64,000 nt of DNA. Origin: an uncultured Methylococcaceae bacterium (lineage in GTDB: Bacteria > Pseudomonadota > Gammaproteobacteria > Methylococcales > Methylomonadaceae). A model generated the notes under the pieces. The model was given only the letters and a program-made list of their open reading frames with translations, was not told the DNA's origin and made no database searches. The translations under genes and the position numbers were made by a program. Below, in pieces: positions 60,074-64,000 of the stretch. Location: NCBI GenBank assembly GCA_903927955.1, contig CAIYOW010000101.1, positions 17,937-81,936 on the forward strand, read 5' to 3'. Each line of letters starts with the position of its first letter. The first letter of the stretch is position 1.

Positions 60074-60201
60074 ATCACCAAACTTTAAAAAACAGGTTAT
60101 CGCAGAATCAGTTGCCACTTCAGATTGTCCGGCAAAAGCCGCTTCCTCATCTCTCTTTTGTTGCCCTAAAGGCTTGCGCTCGCCACGCGTGCAGAAACCA
60201 C
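60070..60201 (-). pseudogene. Degraded 3' end of a probable phage virion gene
   Basis: Directly after the dnaE stop: VVSARVA..., then in a shifted frame RDEEAAFAGQSEVATDSAITCFLKFGDL*. Confidence 0.4.
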
Positions 60202-63200
60202 TCAGCCATATCGGACTTGCACTGCCGTTGCGCCCAACCCTAGCCTGAGTTGGTGCAGCAATTCGTCAGTTGGCCTTACCCGCCATGCGTCACCCAATTG
60301 CACGGTAGCTTCAGCAAAGGCCGATACATACTGGATGCTCACCGTGCAGGAACCACCCCTAAAGGGTTGCAGATAATTTTCCAGCTGGCTAATGAAAGCC
60401 GCCTTATTACTATCGTCTGGATTACTATCGTCTGGCACCGCCCAGCTAATCAACAAACCTCTGGAAAATGCTTCCCGCGCTTGTGCCATATCGTAGAGTT
60501 TTTCCACGGTCAGGCGCAAGGTGTTGGAGAAACTATCAATTGCCAGACTGCCTTCGGCAACTAATAACGGGTCGCCCACCAGCAAATCGCGGTAATTGTC
60601 ATAACTATCGGCAAAAAGTGAACATTCCAAACGCTCAGTACGGTCATCAAGCATGACAAAAGCCATGGTTTTACCATTTTTGTTTTGCCGGGTACGCACA
60701 TCGACCACTAAGCCCGCCACGCGGACGTTTAAGTTGCCCCGCGAACGTTCCACGGCACTGGGTAAATTGGCGAGTGTGCAGTGGGTAAGGTTTTTTAGTT
60801 CCGCCACATATTCATCAATGGGATGACCGGTCAAAAACAAGCCTAAAATGGCTTTTTCCGCCGCCAGCTTTTCTTTTTGTGTCCAAGGCGTAACGCGGAT
60901 ACTCTGATTTTCGGTGAGATCGGGCGATGCCGCCGTTTCGCTCAAGCCAAACAAATCATTTTGCCCGGTTTCGGCCATTTGCCCATGCTGTTCAGCAACC
61001 CGCACGGCAGTGGGCAGTTCGGCAAAATGGCTGGCACGGCACGGGTTAAAGCTATCGAACGCACCGGCTTTAATCAAAGCTTCCAAAACCCGGCGGTTGA
61101 CTTTGCGTAAATCGACCCGCTTGCACAGGTCATACAAACTGGTGAAGTCACCGTTAGTCTTGCGCTCGTTGATAATGACATCCTCAACCGCCGCCTCGCC
61201 CACGCCTTTAATAGCCCCTAAACCATAGACAATTTGCCCTTGGCTATTGACGGTGAATTTATGCTCGGACAGGTTAATGTCAGGCGGGCAGATGGCCAGT
61301 TTCATTTGTCGGCATTCTTCAACCAGCACCACCACCTTATCGGTGTTGTCCATGTCCGATGACAATACCGCCGCCATAAAAGCAGCTGGGTAATGCGCCT
61401 TAAGCCAAGCGGTCTGATAGGCCACCAGCGCATAAGCCGCTGAATGCGATTTGTTGAAGCCGTAACCGGCAAACTTCTCCATCAAATCGAAAACATAGGT
61501 GGCGGTTTTTTCATCGACTTGGTTGGCAATCGCCCCGCCAACAAATTTTTCCCGTTCTTTGGCCATTTCTTCGGGCTTTTTCTTGCCCATGGCGCGGCGC
61601 AACATGTCCGCACCGCCCAGTGTGTAGCTGGCCAGTTCCCTGGCAATTTGCATCACTTGTTCCTGATACAAAATAACGCCATTGGTGGGTTTTAAGATGG
61701 GTTCCAGCAGTGGATGGGCATATTCCGCCTTGGCGCCGTGTTTGACGTTGATGTAGTCATCGACCATGCCCGATTCCAACGGTCCGGGTCGGAACAAGGC
61801 GACTAAGGCAATAATGTCATCAAAGCAATCCGGTTTGAGCTTCTTAATCAGCTCTTTCATACCACGCGATTCCAGCTGGAACACCGCCGTGGTTTGCCCG
61901 TGTTTAAGCAATTCGTAAGATGCAGGATCATCTCTTGGGATAACATTAATATCAACCAACGGCTCGCCATTGTGGCGATTTTTAGTATTGATAGTTTGCA
62001 AGGCCCAATCAATAATGGTCAGCGTCCTTAAGCCCAAAAAGTCAAACTTGACCAAGCCGACCGCTTCCACATCGTCTTTGTCAAATTGCGTGACCAGATT
62101 GCCGCCACCTTGTTCACAATACAACGGTGTAAAATCGGTGAGTTTGGTCGGGGAAATGACCACGCCACCAGCATGTTTACCGGCGTTACGCGCCGTGCCT
62201 TCCAAGGACAAGGACATATCAATCAATGCCCGGACTTCTTCCTCATTATCGTAAAGTTGCTTCAGCTCGCCGCTCTCTTGCAAGGCTTTGGTGAGCGTCA
62301 TACCAATTTCAAACGGGATCAGTTTCGCCAAACGGTCAACAAACCCATAAGAAAAACCCAATACCCGCCCAACATCGCGGATAACCGCTTTGGCTGCCAT
62401 TGAGCCATAGGTGATGATTTGCGCCACATGGTCGCGGCCATAATGCTCCGCCACATAACCAATCACTTCGTCGCGCCTGTCCATGCAGAAGTCAATATCG
62501 AAGTCGGGCATGGACACCCGTTCGGGGTTCAGGAAGCGTTCAAACAGCAAGTCAAATTCAATTGGGTCCAAATCGGTGATCTTCAGCGCGTAAGCCACTA
62601 ACGAACCCGCCCCCGAACCCCGCCCAGGGCCGACCGGAATCTGCTGTTGCTTAGCCCATTGGATAAAGTCGGCGACAATCATGAAATAACCGGGGAAACC
62701 CATATCGGCAATCACTTGCAGTTCGGTCTGCAATCGCTGATAGTAGAGCTGACGGTTTTCTTCATCACTGCCGTTGCCCACGGCGGGATATTGCTGCAAA
62801 CGTTCCGCCAAACCTTGTTGAGCCGCTTCCGCCATCACACCCGCCAGCGTCATGCCAGCTGGTACGGGAAAATCCGGCAAAAAGTTTTTGCCTAGCGTCA
62901 GGGTCAAATTGCAACGCTGGGCAATTTCCACGGTATTGGCGAGTGCCTCAGGCAAGTCAGCAAACAGCTCCAGCATGGCTTCGCTACTGCGAAGAAATTG
63001 CTGTGCCGTATAATCTTGCGGGCGGCGGCTGTCATCCAACACACGCCCCTGATTGATACACACCCTCACCTCATGGGCGGCAAACGCCTCTTCATGCAAA
63101 AAGCGCACATCATTGGTCGCCACCACCGGCAAATCACAACGGCTTGCCAACTGCACGGCTGCGGCAATATAACGTTCTTCGTCTGGCTTGCCGACGCGCT

Positions 63201-63708
63201 GCAATTCCAGATAAAAGCTATCCTTAAACAGTTCACGCCAAGCCAACGCCAGTATGTCTGCCAAGCCTTCATTTTCTGCCAATAGTGCTTTGCCAATATC
63301 CCCGTCCATGCCCCCCGACAAGGCTATCAAGCCTTCATGATTCGCCAACAGCCATTCCCGTTGTAGCAGCGGCACACCTTGCTGCTGCCCTTCCTGATAA
63401 GCCTTGGAAATCAGCTCAGTCAAAGTGATATAGCCACGCTGATTGTTAACCAGCAAGGTCAACCGATACGGTGCGCTGGCATCATCAGGATCGGCCAGCA
63501 ACACATCCGCACCTGCAATGGCTTTAATGCCTTGCGAGGAAGCCGCCTTATAAAATTTGACCAACGCAAATAAATTGACATGGTCGGTAATAGCCACGGC
63601 TGGCATGTTAAGTTCAGCCAAGCGTTTAATGAGCGGCTTGATTTTGACAATACCATCCACTAACGAAAATTCGCTGTGCAATCTGAGGTGGATAAAAGAC
63701 GGTTGCAT
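60202..63708 (-). CDS. dnaE: DNA polymerase III alpha subunit (start at ATG 63708)
   Basis: FIHLRLHSEFSL, VATNDVRF, GPGRGSGAGSLVAY, NPERVSMPDFDIDF, KFDFLGL, FAGYGFNKSH, GLFLTGHP; unsplit, no intein seen. Confidence 0.99.
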   Translation of the reverse strand: MQPSFIHLRLHSEFSLVDGIVKIKPLIKRLAELNMPAVAITDHVNLFALVKFYKAASSQGIKAIAGADVLLADPDDASAPYRLTLLVNNQRGYITLTELISKAYQEGQQQGVPLLQREWLLANHEGLIALSGGMDGDIGKALLAENEGLADILALAWRELFKDSFYLELQRVGKPDEERYIAAAVQLASRCDLPVVATNDVRFLHEEAFAAHEVRVCINQGRVLDDSRRPQDYTAQQFLRSSEAMLELFADLPEALANTVEIAQRCNLTLTLGKNFLPDFPVPAGMTLAGVMAEAAQQGLAERLQQYPAVGNGSDEENRQLYYQRLQTELQVIADMGFPGYFMIVADFIQWAKQQQIPVGPGRGSGAGSLVAYALKITDLDPIEFDLLFERFLNPERVSMPDFDIDFCMDRRDEVIGYVAEHYGRDHVAQIITYGSMAAKAVIRDVGRVLGFSYGFVDRLAKLIPFEIGMTLTKALQESGELKQLYDNEEEVRALIDMSLSLEGTARNAGKHAGGVVISPTKLTDFTPLYCEQGGGNLVTQFDKDDVEAVGLVKFDFLGLRTLTIIDWALQTINTKNRHNGEPLVDINVIPRDDPASYELLKHGQTTAVFQLESRGMKELIKKLKPDCFDDIIALVALFRPGPLESGMVDDYINVKHGAKAEYAHPLLEPILKPTNGVILYQEQVMQIARELASYTLGGADMLRRAMGKKKPEEMAKEREKFVGGAIANQVDEKTATYVFDLMEKFAGYGFNKSHSAAYALVAYQTAWLKAHYPAAFMAAVLSSDMDNTDKVVVLVEECRQMKLAICPPDINLSEHKFTVNSQGQIVYGLGAIKGVGEAAVEDVIINERKTNGDFTSLYDLCKRVDLRKVNRRVLEALIKAGAFDSFNPCRASHFAELPTAVRVAEQHGQMAETGQNDLFGLSETAASPDLTENQSIRVTPWTQKEKLAAEKAILGLFLTGHPIDEYVAELKNLTHCTLANLPSAVERSRGNLNVRVAGLVVDVRTRQNKNGKTMAFVMLDDRTERLECSLFADSYDNYRDLLVGDPLLVAEGSLAIDSFSNTLRLTVEKLYDMAQAREAFSRGLLISWAVPDDSNPDDSNKAAFISQLENYLQPFRGGSCTVSIQYVSAFAEATVQLGDAWRVRPTDELLHQLRLGLGATAVQVRYG

Positions 63709-63849
63709 TAGTCGGTCAGGGTAAAAAGAAAAACAAAAGCTAAAGTACAAGACTTAGAGCAAGCCTGCATACAGCCGCATGGGGAGCTATAGGAAGCATC
63801 CTGATTATTCAACAGATGCCGCCGAAAACAGCGTATTCAGCCCGTTCTG

Positions 63850-64000
63850 CCAGCCGTCCTCAAACACGATAGGGAAGAAGGGATAGAGGTTGGTCGTGAA
63901 GAAGGGATTGAGTTGGGTCGAGAAAAAGGCCGTCAAGACGAAAAACTGGCGATTGCCAACAACTTGCTGGCGGTGCTTGACGATGCCACCATTGCGGCTA
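63850..64000 (+). pseudogene. C-terminal fragment of an Rpn/YhgA-like (PD-(D/E)XK) putative transposase; runs off the window
   Basis: HDREEGIEVGREEGIELGREKGRQDEKLAIANNLLAVLDDATIAA; in-frame TGA at 63802-63804 with no ATG or GTG before this segment. Confidence 0.6.

Noticed and set aside
60202-63750. Intein or split dnaE; extended N-terminus from 63750
   Set aside because: The length is normal and there are no intein motifs. The extra 14 codons are low-complexity, and MQPSFIHLRLH is the natural start.
1-64000. CRISPR array, tRNA/rRNA, integron, intact transposase or intact prophage
   Set aside because: I found no regularly spaced repeats, cloverleaf or rRNA signatures, attC arrays, integrase or capsid genes by eye.
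1-64000. The many 60-260 aa ORF-track entries overlapping larger genes on other frames or strands (e.g. 403-870, 22424-22921, 46385-47167, 55015-55602, 55603-56178)
   Set aside because: They are shadow ORFs of well-supported genes, with no recognisable motifs or RBS.

Overview
Gammaproteobacterial chromosome segment; the protein styles suggest Methylococcales, but this is an inference. It is mostly housekeeping: the 3' part of glmS, recJ, a glycogen cluster (glgX, malQ, glgC | glgB, glgA) with a cmoA-like gene inside it, uvrA, nudE, a frameshifted yrfG, rhlB, trxA-rho, pdxA-rsmA, an OprB-like porin, a cobalamin riboswitch-btuB-btuM unit, recCBD, a complete Xps-type type II secretion operon (E-F-G-H-I-J-K-L-M-N/C-D), rpiA/ilvA and dnaE. 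The most unusual part is the accessory block around uvrA (13.7-24.2 kb). It holds three cytoplasmic methyltransferases, each fused to a putative glycan-binding module: one FkbM-type enzyme with an F-type lectin domain whose fucose-binding motif is intact, and two tandem MycE-type sugar O-methyltransferases with hydrophobic-W-like domains. A secreted clan GH-A-like enzyme and an HU-like orphan lie in the same block. Features missed by the ORF track include a 47-aa membrane protein, a candidate sRNA after rsmA, a C-rich rho leader, REP/MITE-like palindromes and several gene remnants (HEPN-like, DUF3368, Rpn-like, probable podophage internal-virion genes around a DUF1640 gene). I saw no CRISPR array, tRNA, rRNA or intact transposase. 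Family calls come from motif recognition by eye, not from database searches.
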